IMG/VR virus record: IMGVR_UViG_3300028048_000089
Location: 1 to 64,000 of that record
Reading direction: 5' to 3' (one strand)
DNA length: 64,000 bases
Source of the DNA: a virus
Taxonomy: Duplodnaviria; Caudoviricetes
Shown: positions 9,347-18,266 of the stretch, in pieces
Position numbering within the stretch: the first letter of the stretch is position 1
Layout of the letters: each line of letters opens with the position of its first letter
Notes under the pieces: model-generated
What the model was told of the DNA's origin: nothing
What the model saw: the letters and a program-made list of their open reading frames with translations, nothing else
The model's database searches: none
Made by a program: the position numbers and the translations under genes

Positions 9347-9820
9347 TTATTTACCTGCAATGTGTTCTAACATTTTTTGATGGTTTTCTTCAGTAGTTAC
9401 AACAACATATTCAGTAACTCTATCACCAACAAAATCTTTGAGTGATTCTTTTAAATCTTCTTTTGTCTTTAAATCTTTCTTTAGAACATTCTTATCAATA
9501 GATGTGGTTGTCTTTGTAACAACTTTAATATATTGACTTAACTTTAGTTCTTGTAACTTGGCTAACAGTGCCTTTTCATCACCATAACTAAATTCATTCT
9601 TTTGGAAATAATGAGCAACTAAGTCATCACCATGAAGTTCAACATCATTATCTTCTTTCATAAGTGCTAATAAAGAATCTTTATTTGCATCAACACTTGC
9701 AGTTAACGCTTCAATTTCTTCTTTTAACTTAGTCATTTGTTGAGTCTTTTCTTCAATTTCTTGACTCATGCTGTAAATGTCATTAATTAAAGTTTCTTTT
9801 TCTTTTTCATGATTAATCAT
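9347..9820 (-). CDS. Coiled-coil protein, possibly Mu Gam/Gp157-like
   Basis: N-terminal coiled coil, C-terminal SIDKNVLKK. Confidence 0.4.
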   Translation of the reverse strand: MINHEKEKETLINDIYSMSQEIEEKTQQMTKLKEEIEALTASVDANKDSLLALMKEDNDVELHGDDLVAHYFQKNEFSYGDEKALLAKLQELKLSQYIKVVTKTTTSIDKNVLKKDLKTKEDLKESLKDFVGDRVTEYVVVTTEENHQKMLEHIAGK

Positions 9821-9831
9821 ACTTTCACCTC

Positions 9832-10026
9832 TTATAATAAATTTATAGTTAGTTTATTTTTTGGTATAAAACTCATGCAATTTAGTTTAGTTCTACAAGT
9901 ACATATTTTATTTGTCTTAGAACAAATCCATTTAGAACCACTTAAAGTTTTAATAATTTTACAATGTTTACATTGTCTACCAGTCATATTTCTTACCTCT
10001 TGGTTTACCTTTTTGATAGTACACAA
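9832..10026 (-). CDS. Small Cys-rich protein (probable start at MTGRQC)
   Basis: CKHC plus four further Cys. Confidence 0.5.
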   Translation of the reverse strand: MCTIKKVNQEVRNMTGRQCKHCKIIKTLSGSKWICSKTNKICTCRTKLNCMSFIPKNKLTINLL

Positions 10027-10204
10027 CTTTATTTAATCTTTCACAAAATGTTGTATACCACTCATCTTCAATTCTATGTTTACCCCAACCTCTATGTAGT
10101 TTCTTAAGTTCTCTTTTAATTGTAACTTCTCTATCTAGAGATTGGTTGTAATGAGTCTCAACATTGAGACATTTACCTAATTTAAAGTTATTATAACAAA
10201 TCAT
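9977..10204 (-). CDS. Hypothetical protein
   Basis: 75 aa ORF. Confidence 0.5.
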   Translation of the reverse strand: MICYNNFKLGKCLNVETHYNQSLDREVTIKRELKKLHRGWGKHRIEDEWYTTFCERLNKVVYYQKGKPRGKKYDW

Positions 10205-10487
10205 CTACCTTTGCCCAACCAAATGAATCACAATAGTAGTAAACACCATCTAATTCAACAACATCTGACATTGACAATGAATGACCTTTAAAATCTTCAG
10301 GTCTGTTAATATTGAATTCAGTAAATAAGTCTTCTAATGCTTTGATTGGTTTTACATCTTTAGTAGAACCTTTATAGACTACTTCATAATCACTAAGTTT
10401 AAAATTATGTTTTTTAGCATAGTCATAACTCATAAATGAGTATTCAACTTTTCTAAAATCTTTAAGTTGTAAAATTTTGTACTTCAT
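10191..10487 (-). CDS. YodL-like protein
   Basis: LEDLFTEFNINRPEDFKGHSLSMSDVV...YYCDSFGW is the YodL-domain pattern. Confidence 0.8.
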   Translation of the reverse strand: MKYKILQLKDFRKVEYSFMSYDYAKKHNFKLSDYEVVYKGSTKDVKPIKALEDLFTEFNINRPEDFKGHSLSMSDVVELDGVYYYCDSFGWAKVDDLL

Positions 10488-10506
10488 ACTAATACCTCAC
10501 AGTTAT

Positions 10507-10535
10507 ATTATAATGAGATATTTTTTAAATGTCAA
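10507..10535 (-). promoter_or_regulatory. Consensus sigma-A promoter TTGACA-N17-TATAAT
   Basis: -35 at 10530-10535, -10 at 10507-10512. Confidence 0.85.
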
Positions 10536-10900
10536 CAATCTTTATTATCTTCTTCTAATTTATCAACTAAGAACTTCATTAACTTCTCATCTATGACAAA
10601 ATAGTTATGTCCGCCAGGTTCAAATGCAAATGCTATACAACCATTAAATACTCTTTGTGTAAATGCTTCATCTCTATTCTTTGCAATCCACTCTTTCTTA
10701 ATAGAGAATGATTCTTTTTCACTGGTTGGTGTTTTACATTCTATAAGCAAAGATGCCTTAGAAATTAAAACGTCAGATTTATTAAACAAACCAGCCCCAG
10801 AATTTGGCTGAACAACTCCTCCAAGCATATCTGCAATTTGTGATTCTTGTTGTGATGAATAATAACGCGTTGAATTTTCATTCTTTGTTTTTTGCTTCAT
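10532..10900 (-). CDS. PD-(D/E)xK nuclease (resolvase-like)
   Basis: QE...QPNSGA...SDV...LIECK pattern. Confidence 0.7.
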   Translation of the reverse strand: MKQKTKNENSTRYYSSQQESQIADMLGGVVQPNSGAGLFNKSDVLISKASLLIECKTPTSEKESFSIKKEWIAKNRDEAFTQRVFNGCIAFAFEPGGHNYFVIDEKLMKFLVDKLEEDNKDC

Positions 10901-11861
10901 TTTTCTTCCTCTCTAAAGTTTTTCTTAATGATTCACTTGTTTTCTTTTTACTTTCTTCAGTGTGATGACGCCCTAAAAATCTTTTTGAATGTTTTAATGC
11001 TTCACACAATTTTAAAGATTGTGAAATCTTATTTTTAGTTTCTAGAGATGCTTTTTTACCATAGTTTGGATTATTTTCACCCTTGAATGATTTTCTATTT
11101 TTTAAAGCCTTTTTATAATAATCTATGGGTCTTTTTGCACACACCATCTTATACACACATCTTTTAGAGCAATAAACACCTGAACCATATTTTTTACTTA
11201 CATAATAATCAGTCATTACTTTTCCACATATTGGACATGTATGCTTTTCTAATCTCCATTTGTAAATGAAATCTTCTTCCTCTTTAGTTTTCACGCTCTT
11301 CTTTTGATTATTAATAATAAACATTTTTTCATTTCTACTTTTAAGTGCATTATTATGTTTTAATTGTTCATCTTTTGTAAATATTTTTGCTCTTTTATGA
11401 CAACTATAATTATCATTTTTACATGACCAATGAGTTCCTCTTCTTATAAAACCAATAATTCTAGTAGATACATTAAGTAGTTCACTTATATATTTCTCAG
11501 AATAACCTAAATCTAAATAATTCTTAATCAATGAACACTTTTCAAATGAGCATTTGCAATTTCCATTTCTCTCTTCACTCAATCTAGTTGAAAAACCACC
11601 ATCACTTATATTGTATCCAATATCAATATTTTTGGCATCATAGAGTTTAATCCAGTAAATCTCCCTCTCATCCATCAACTCTTTAGTCTCAACTTCTTCC
11701 AAGAGTTCTACTTGAAAATTTTCTTTACCATATTTTTTAATTGCTCTTTTAACTAAATCGCCACTTCCCAAATACTCTCTAGTAAATTGTGAACTCTTAT
11801 GTTGACCAATATAGATTTTACCATTAACTAAATTGGTTGTTTTATAGATATATCCATACAT
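10878..11861 (-). mobile_element. Free-standing GIY-YIG homing endonuclease with NUMOD3-type repeats (HEG1)
   Basis: GYIYKTTNLVNGKIYIGQH, REIYWI, GYN; C-terminal GENNPNYGKK and HTEESKKK. Confidence 0.9.
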
Positions 11862-11886
11862 ATGCTAAATCTCCTAACTATTGTTC

Positions 11887-11901
11887 TCATTTAATTTAGC
11901 A
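11887..11901 (-). promoter_or_regulatory. Putative late promoter TGCTAAATTwwnTGA (representative of 8 copies)
   Basis: Copies at 11887, 14835, 24581, 30615, 43088, 45920, 49966 and 55343; upstream of structural genes, the three endonucleases and the ncRNA. Confidence 0.7.
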
Positions 11902-11922
11902 TTTTTTAATTGAGGGTAAAAC

Positions 11923-12042
11923 TTACCACACTAGAAATCTTGAAGCACCTGAATTTGGTTGTTGAGTTGCATGTAATTTTTTACATACATCTTTTTCTTG
12001 AGCATCACTGAAAGTTCTTGTTGCCTCTTTATTTTTAGGCAT
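11923..12042 (-). pseudogene. Truncated 5' fragment (39 aa) of the nuclease gene at 10532-10900
   Basis: MPKNKEATRTFSDAQEKDVCKKLHATQQPNSGASRF aligns with KNENSTRYYSSQQESQIADMLGGVVQPNSGAGLF; has its own AAGGAG RBS. Confidence 0.8.
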
Positions 12043-12385
12043 CTGATTTTTTCTCCTTTGGGTCATCTTCCCAAAAATCATCATCATCTTGAAGTTGTTC
12101 GTATGTTTCAATAAGTTCTTTTGCATTTTCGTACTCATTTTTAGCTGCAAAACTTGAAACATACATAATCTCAGCACTATCTAACCAAACAGGGCAAACA
12201 TCATCTACAAGAGCATTTGCAAATTGAATGGCATAAACACCTTTTTGCTTAGGACTTTCATGAATAGATACAGCATGTCCATCTTCTAATAAAATTTTTA
12301 ATTGACTAAACAATGTTTCATAAAACTCTTGTTTATTTTCATAATTCGCTTTTGAGAATACAATTTTATTTGTCTTATTCATCAT
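12035..12385 (-). CDS. Hypothetical protein with acidic C-terminus
   Basis: 116 aa ORF coupled to recA. Confidence 0.6.
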   Translation of the reverse strand: MMNKTNKIVFSKANYENKQEFYETLFSQLKILLEDGHAVSIHESPKQKGVYAIQFANALVDDVCPVWLDSAEIMYVSSFAAKNEYENAKELIETYEQLQDDDDFWEDDPKEKKSDA

Positions 12386-13557
12386 TACTCTTCTTCCTTT
12401 GCAAAATCTACATTGAATGATTCACCAACATTAATATTTAACATCTTTTCAAATGCAACAATATTAGGGTCATCTTTTTGTGATAACTTGTCATAGACTT
12501 TATCATAAATCTTATGCCAAATATCTAAATGTTCTTCTAAATAAGGTTTAATGTTTTTCTTACCTCTAATCTTAATAGGTTCACCATTTTCATCACACAT
12601 TGGTTCACCTGTTTCAGGATTTAAAACAACAAAGTTACCTTGAGATGGGTTAGCAATAAAACCAAAATAAGTAGCAACATCAATTGTATCTTGTAAGATA
12701 TCAACACCTTTAGTATAAGATATGCAAGTTCTACCAAGTTTTCTATCCCATGGGCATACTTTAGTCTTTAACACAGCACATTCCATAATATAACCTGCAG
12801 GAGATTCAGCACTATTAGATAATTCATTTAAATCTTCATCAAAGAATTTACCCTTCTTTAACATAAGTCTAACTGAACAACTATGTTTCCAACCTCTACC
12901 ACCACTTGTAACTAATGGATTACCATAACCACCAATGTTTTCTCTTAATTGATTAATACCAATAAGAGTACAATTATATTTAACAAGTAATGAAGTAACT
13001 CTCTTAACAAAGTCACCTAAAACTTTTGCAATACCACCCATTTCTTTCTTTTCAAATGATTCACCAAATACTTGTTGAGAAACTAACATTGAAAGTGAAT
13101 CAATAACAACCATGCCAACTTCACCAGTTCTAATAAAATTAACAATGTCATCAAAGATATTTTCTGCAGGTTGGTCTTCCGGTCTATAACAAATTGTTTG
13201 AACAGGGTGATTATTCATATCATAACCTGTTTTCTTAGCCCAAGAAGGGTCAACAGTACATTCTAAGTCAACCCAAAGAATCTTTCTAGGGTTATCTTTA
13301 TTGTTCTTTAATTCTTTCTTTTGGAATGATGCACAAATTAAATAAGCAAGAGTTGTTTTACCACTACCTTCAGCACCACAAATTTCAACAATCTTTCTTT
13401 CAGGAAAAGAATTATATAAACAGAAGTCTAAACCAGGACTTCCTAAAGATAAAGTACCATAAGATGTTAAATCTTCAACACCTAAAGAAACAACATTATC
13501 ACCTTGCTTCTTATTAATCTTTTTTAAAATTTCTTGTAAACTTAATTCTTCAGCCAT
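12385..13557 (-). CDS. recA: RecA/UvsX recombinase
   Basis: GAEGSGKTT, VVIDS, INQLRE, TSGGRGWKH. Confidence 0.95.
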   Translation of the reverse strand: MAEELSLQEILKKINKKQGDNVVSLGVEDLTSYGTLSLGSPGLDFCLYNSFPERKIVEICGAEGSGKTTLAYLICASFQKKELKNNKDNPRKILWVDLECTVDPSWAKKTGYDMNNHPVQTICYRPEDQPAENIFDDIVNFIRTGEVGMVVIDSLSMLVSQQVFGESFEKKEMGGIAKVLGDFVKRVTSLLVKYNCTLIGINQLRENIGGYGNPLVTSGGRGWKHSCSVRLMLKKGKFFDEDLNELSNSAESPAGYIMECAVLKTKVCPWDRKLGRTCISYTKGVDILQDTIDVATYFGFIANPSQGNFVVLNPETGEPMCDENGEPIKIRGKKNIKPYLEEHLDIWHKIYDKVYDKLSQKDDPNIVAFEKMLNINVGESFNVDFAKEEE

Positions 13558-13940
13558 TATTCTACCTCACAATACACATGTATATTATTATCTTCATATT
13601 CATCATACAAATAATTCCAATGTTCTCTTTCAAGTTCCTTTACAACATCAGAAGCATATTTATCTTTTAAAAATGTTCTTAATGATAAATCTTGTAACAT
13701 CCCATATTCATCAATCTCATCTTTAAGCCATGAATCTTCAATGTCCTTAACAAATTCTCTAGCACCATCTTCTAAATACCAACTAAGAGGATTGTAATCT
13801 TTTTCATACTTTTCTTTAAATAAATATTCAATTATATCTTGAAGTGAGATATCTACATAATAAGTATAATCAAATGAATCATCTTCAAGTGGATATTCAG
13901 TACATGAAATAGAAGCACAATAAGTTAAACTAGTTCTCAT
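13557..13940 (-). CDS. Acidic hypothetical protein
   Basis: Start moved to ATG 13940 behind an AAGGAG RBS. Confidence 0.6.
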   Translation of the reverse strand: MRTSLTYCASISCTEYPLEDDSFDYTYYVDISLQDIIEYLFKEKYEKDYNPLSWYLEDGAREFVKDIEDSWLKDEIDEYGMLQDLSLRTFLKDKYASDVVKELEREHWNYLYDEYEDNNIHVYCEVE

Positions 13941-14817
13941 TAATTGTCTCCTTAGAACCATACAAGTTCAATTGCATTTCAGTTTGTCTGCTTGTAATTA
14001 ATTTTCTATATTTATTCATAGTTGTCTTTGATACCTCCCAACCGTTATTAATATAATTTTCAACATCTTCAAATTTAACATATTTAACAACAGACTCTTT
14101 AAAAACTCTAAACCTATTTTTTGTATTACTGTCATATTTCTTATTTCTTTTTGTTATATTTGGATTACCTTTAACCCAACCATCATTAAGATAATTTTGT
14201 AAATCAACTAAATTAACTGCCTTAATTTGATTTTTCTTATGAATATATACTTTACCCTTATTCTTCTTCCCTGATTTTCTTAGACTCCCAATTTTCCAAC
14301 CTTGTTTTAAATATTCATCAAGTTCCTCTCTAAATATATACTTAAATACTTTTCCATTATTTACAGTTATTTTATTTGCAATTGATTTATTGCTTTTACC
14401 AAGATGACTTTCAGACATTCTTTTTCTGACTTTTTCTTTATATTCATTATCTTGCCACTTCTTCTTGCTTATTATAGATAATTTTTCTATTGTTTCTTTT
14501 GAATGATGCTCAATTGGACAACCATCACCACCTGTAGTTAAATTATAACCAAATTCTTTTTTATTAGATTTATAATGTCTAATCCAGTACTTTTCTCTAT
14601 TATTTAATCTTTCTTTAGTATCGCACTCTTCTATCAACTCAACTTTGAAATTATCAATACCGTACTTATTCATTGCAAGATGTAAATACAACTTATCATC
14701 TTTAACTTTTGCGTGATGTTTATGTTCACTAAACCTTTTAGTAATTGACTTCTTTGTTTGACCAATATATACTTTATTCGTCAATATATTTGTTATTTTA
14801 TAAATGTTACCATACAT
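13930..14817 (-). mobile_element. Free-standing GIY-YIG homing endonuclease (HEG2)
   Basis: GNIYKITNILTNKVYIGQT, RFSEH, REKYWI, GYNLTTGG; three YLxxGW repeats. Confidence 0.9.
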
Positions 14818-14874
14818 ATGCTAAATCTCCTTATTCAATAAATTTAGCAACCATTCATCATGTCTTGAGCAAAA

Positions 14875-15426
14875 TTACAAAATACTTGATGTACTACTCA
14901 TTTTCATTTCTTCAGTTTTTGTAGATATTAATCTTCTAAGACAGTCACACATATCTTGAGCAGAGGCTACTTTATTTTTAACTGTTCTATAAGCACTATC
15001 ATAAATTGTTGCAACAACAGATTCATATTGTGCAGAAATGTTTGCTTGTGCTTGAACTTCAGCAACAGTAACTTTACTCTTACCTGCAGCATCTTTCAAA
15101 GCACTTTGATTAATAACACTTTTTGAATAAACTTCTTTTGATGCACTACTACTCATATCAGCATAAACACCTAATTGTTCAACTTTTTCTTGCATAAAAT
15201 AAACCATATTAGTTAATTCTAAGTAGTATCTTTCTAGTGTAGAAATAGTAACATCACTATCTCTAATGCATTCAACATACAAATCACTCATAAGATTATC
15301 AAGACCTTCAGAATACTTTTTAACAACTGCAGCACATGTATCATTAAAATATTGAACATTTGCTTCTGTATCATTCATTATCTTGTTAACTTTATCCACA
15401 TCTACATTATTTAAATATGTTTCCAT
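14875..15426 (-). CDS. Helical protein, possibly a UvsY-like recombination mediator; probable target gene of HEG2
   Basis: 183 aa, predicted all-alpha, between recU and recA; function uncertain. Confidence 0.35.
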   Translation of the reverse strand: METYLNNVDVDKVNKIMNDTEANVQYFNDTCAAVVKKYSEGLDNLMSDLYVECIRDSDVTISTLERYYLELTNMVYFMQEKVEQLGVYADMSSSASKEVYSKSVINQSALKDAAGKSKVTVAEVQAQANISAQYESVVATIYDSAYRTVKNKVASAQDMCDCLRRLISTKTEEMKMSSTSSIL

Positions 15427-15445
15427 AATTTAGTTCCTCTCAATA

Positions 15446-15904
15446 TTATACAATTAAAATTGAATAATCACTTTCCATTAAAACTCTTTTCTTTATAGAT
15501 GGAATTTCAATGTAATCATAACCATTAAGTTTGTTAATATTAACACTTTTACAACCATCTTGTTTCATCTTTGTAATTGTATCTAGTGGTACATAGATGA
15601 CTCTATCATGGTCAATAAACCAAATAACAACACCAATAACCACATTCTTACAATGTCTATAACTTAATAAATCTTCATATTGAGTTAAATCACTAAATGG
15701 AAAAGTATTATCATAATGACTTTTTGTTTCAAGCATATATAGTTTATCTTTTGGAAAACATAAAAAGTCACAAGGGTTCTTAGCATTGCCTTTATAACCT
15801 GATACATTATCTCTAAGTCTTAAAATAAATGTTTCAGGAAAACATCTCAACCAATCTTTTTTAAATTGTCTCTCAAAATCTTTACCTCTATTTACTCTAC
15901 TCAT
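15446..15904 (-). CDS. recU: RecU-like Holliday junction resolvase
   Basis: NRGKDFE, PCDF, LETKS, TQYEDL. Confidence 0.8.
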   Translation of the reverse strand: MSRVNRGKDFERQFKKDWLRCFPETFILRLRDNVSGYKGNAKNPCDFLCFPKDKLYMLETKSHYDNTFPFSDLTQYEDLLSYRHCKNVVIGVVIWFIDHDRVIYVPLDTITKMKQDGCKSVNINKLNGYDYIEIPSIKKRVLMESDYSILIV

Positions 15905-16748
15905 GTTTAAATCTCCAACTAATAATTTTAGGAACACATGTTTCCCAATCTATGACATGATGTATTCTCTGATGTTGCTCACCCATCATTGATATCTTTA
16001 CACTTGAAGGCATACACATTACGGAATAGAATGACTTCAAATATGTACCATACTTCAGATAAGCATCACTGTTACCACCTTCTGTAACTTGTGTTTGCAT
16101 TTGTACTAAATCAACATTACATACTGTTAGAAAGAGTTTTCCGATAGAACCAAGTGTAGTATAGGTATTAACATCATCATTCATTCTTCCAATAAATGTA
16201 AATGGATTATCTACTTTGCAGAAAAATGAATTCATTGCTTTTCTCTTTAATTTATTTCTCCAAGCAGAACCATTCAATCCACCAATCAAATCTCCACCTT
16301 GAGCAAATGCTATACTTAAAGCCTTAGATTCTTCTAGATATTCTAACATGTATTCACACATCTTATCTAGATTCTTGATTTTATATGTTAAGAGTTTGTT
16401 ATCTTCTTCACATCTAATTTCAAATAGTTTATAGTCATCTTCTAACTCTAGAAAGTATTTTAAGTTAAGTTGCTTTGCTAATTCAAAGCAAACATTTCTT
16501 GCATACACAACTACTTTATTATTTTTAAAGTTATCACATATATCAAATGTATCAGCAACTTTTTTCTTGTCAAATACTAAAACATGCTCAACACCAAAGT
16601 TATTGATGTAAGCATCTTTAGTAGAATCTTCATTGTCAAGTATTATATAGTATTTACCAGTGTACCCTTGAGACAAGATTGTATTTACTGTATAAACTTT
16701 ATCTGGTCTACCATTTGAAAGAATGAAAATAGCAAACTCATCTAACAT
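15897..16748 (-). CDS. TAGT-like (TET-associated, GT-A fold) glycosyltransferase, copy 5
   Basis: FILSNGR, YARN, ELEDDY, RKAMNSFF, GRMNDD, KSFYSVM. Confidence 0.75.
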   Translation of the reverse strand: MLDEFAIFILSNGRPDKVYTVNTILSQGYTGKYYIILDNEDSTKDAYINNFGVEHVLVFDKKKVADTFDICDNFKNNKVVVYARNVCFELAKQLNLKYFLELEDDYKLFEIRCEEDNKLLTYKIKNLDKMCEYMLEYLEESKALSIAFAQGGDLIGGLNGSAWRNKLKRKAMNSFFCKVDNPFTFIGRMNDDVNTYTTLGSIGKLFLTVCNVDLVQMQTQVTEGGNSDAYLKYGTYLKSFYSVMCMPSSVKISMMGEQHQRIHHVIDWETCVPKIISWRFKHE

Positions 16749-16966
16749 TATTGTTTTGATTTAAATTCCATAGGTGAAACTAATTCTGATAAATCATTTG
16801 TTTCTCTAATGACTTTACCAAGATAGAATGTTGAACCATCAATATGTTCTACATATAATTTATCATCTTCAATAAAGTAACATTCAACATGAGGTAATAA
16901 TAAAGTTGTATCAATAACTTTACCATTTAAGACTTCAACATATCTCTTTAAAGAATATCTAATCAT
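16748..16966 (-). CDS. Small hypothetical protein
   Basis: 72 aa; loosely similar to 27768-28037 and 31468-31800. Confidence 0.55.
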   Translation of the reverse strand: MIRYSLKRYVEVLNGKVIDTTLLLPHVECYFIEDDKLYVEHIDGSTFYLGKVIRETNDLSELVSPMEFKSKQ

Positions 16967-17388
16967 CTTTCAACTTCACCTCTAATTCTTTCTTTTAAAT
17001 AACTACTGCTATATTTATGTTTTCTAGATAAATATACAATGTCTTTACCCATTTCAACAAGTAAGTTTTTATTTTCAAAATCTTTACCTTGATGGTCAGT
17101 ACCTAAGAAATAAATATCAAAAGGAATACTTTGAAGCATATCTCTAGCATCTTCACAATCTTCATACGGAATTACTTCATCTACACCTTTAATATTCTTT
17201 AATTGAATATATCTTTCATAAATTGTTTGAACAGGGCATTTATAATTTGGACAACAATGTAAAGCAACAATTAAATAATCACATTTAGATTTTGCTTCTT
17301 GAATTGCAAGAATATGTCCAGCATGTAACACATCTGCTACCATAGGATAAATACCAACTATTTTCTTTTTTTCAGCCATTACAATCAC
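16963..17388 (-). CDS. Glycerol-3-phosphate cytidylyltransferase-like nucleotidyltransferase (TagD family)
   Basis: DVLHAGH, ERY...VDEVIPY, RKHKYSSS. Confidence 0.85.
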   Translation of the reverse strand: MIVMAEKKKIVGIYPMVADVLHAGHILAIQEAKSKCDYLIVALHCCPNYKCPVQTIYERYIQLKNIKGVDEVIPYEDCEDARDMLQSIPFDIYFLGTDHQGKDFENKNLLVEMGKDIVYLSRKHKYSSSYLKERIRGEVER

Positions 17389-17411
17389 CTCTTTCTATTT
17401 TATTATACAAT

Positions 17412-18266
17412 TTATCTTTTAAATTTACTGCTTATAATTTTTGGAACTGCTAAATCCCAATCTATGATATGATGTAATCTTTTATGAAAAGAACCTACTG
17501 TATATATCTTTGTACAACTAGGACAAATCATAATTGAGTAGAAAGACTTAACATAAGTACCAAATTTTAAATAAGAGTCAGTTAAACCACCTTTTGTTAT
17601 TTGAGTACCAATTAAACCAAGATTAACATCAACAGTTGTAAAGAAAAGTTTACCTATAGAACCTAACTTTAAATAAGTATTGACATCATCATTAAATCTA
17701 CCAAAGAACATAAACTCATTATCAGATTTACAAAAGAATGAGTTCATCGCCTTTCTTGCTAATTTTTCTCTATACACAGGGCCGGTAGTTCCAACACCAC
17801 CAATAAAGTCTCCTGTTTGTGCGAAGCATACGGTAGTGCATTTGCTAGTTTCTAGAAATTCAATATATGTATCAATTACAGCATCTAAATCTCTAATATA
17901 CCAAGTCTCTAATTTTTTACCATTTGGTTCTCTATGAATGAAATTTGTATAATCATCCTCTAATTCTAGAAAATATTTATAGCCTAAATCTCTTGCAGTT
18001 TGGTGACAAATGTTTCTAGCAAATACAATGGTCTTGTCATCATCAAAGTTGTCCATAATGTCAAACTTCTTTAATGCTTCTGCTTTATTGAAGATGATAA
18101 TATTTTCTTCTCCAAATTTTTGTTTATATAAATCTATTTGTGAATCTTCATCATCTAAGATAATGTACCACTTACCGGTATATCCACAACGATTTAAAGA
18201 GTCAACAGTAACTAAACTATTGGCTCTACCGTGACTTAATATAAATACTACAAAATCATCTCTCAT
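17412..18266 (-). CDS. TAGT-like glycosyltransferase, copy 4
   Basis: FILSHGR, FARN, ELEDDY, GRFNDD. Confidence 0.75.
   Translation of the reverse strand: MRDDFVVFILSHGRANSLVTVDSLNRCGYTGKWYIILDDEDSQIDLYKQKFGEENIIIFNKAEALKKFDIMDNFDDDKTIVFARNICHQTARDLGYKYFLELEDDYTNFIHREPNGKKLETWYIRDLDAVIDTYIEFLETSKCTTVCFAQTGDFIGGVGTTGPVYREKLARKAMNSFFCKSDNEFMFFGRFNDDVNTYLKLGSIGKLFFTTVDVNLGLIGTQITKGGLTDSYLKFGTYVKSFYSIMICPSCTKIYTVGSFHKRLHHIIDWDLAVPKIISSKFKR

Noticed and set aside
11996-12003. GCTCAAGA recurring near all three HEG promoters
   Set aside because: Explained by common Ala-Gln-Glu/Asp codons; spacing and orientation are inconsistent
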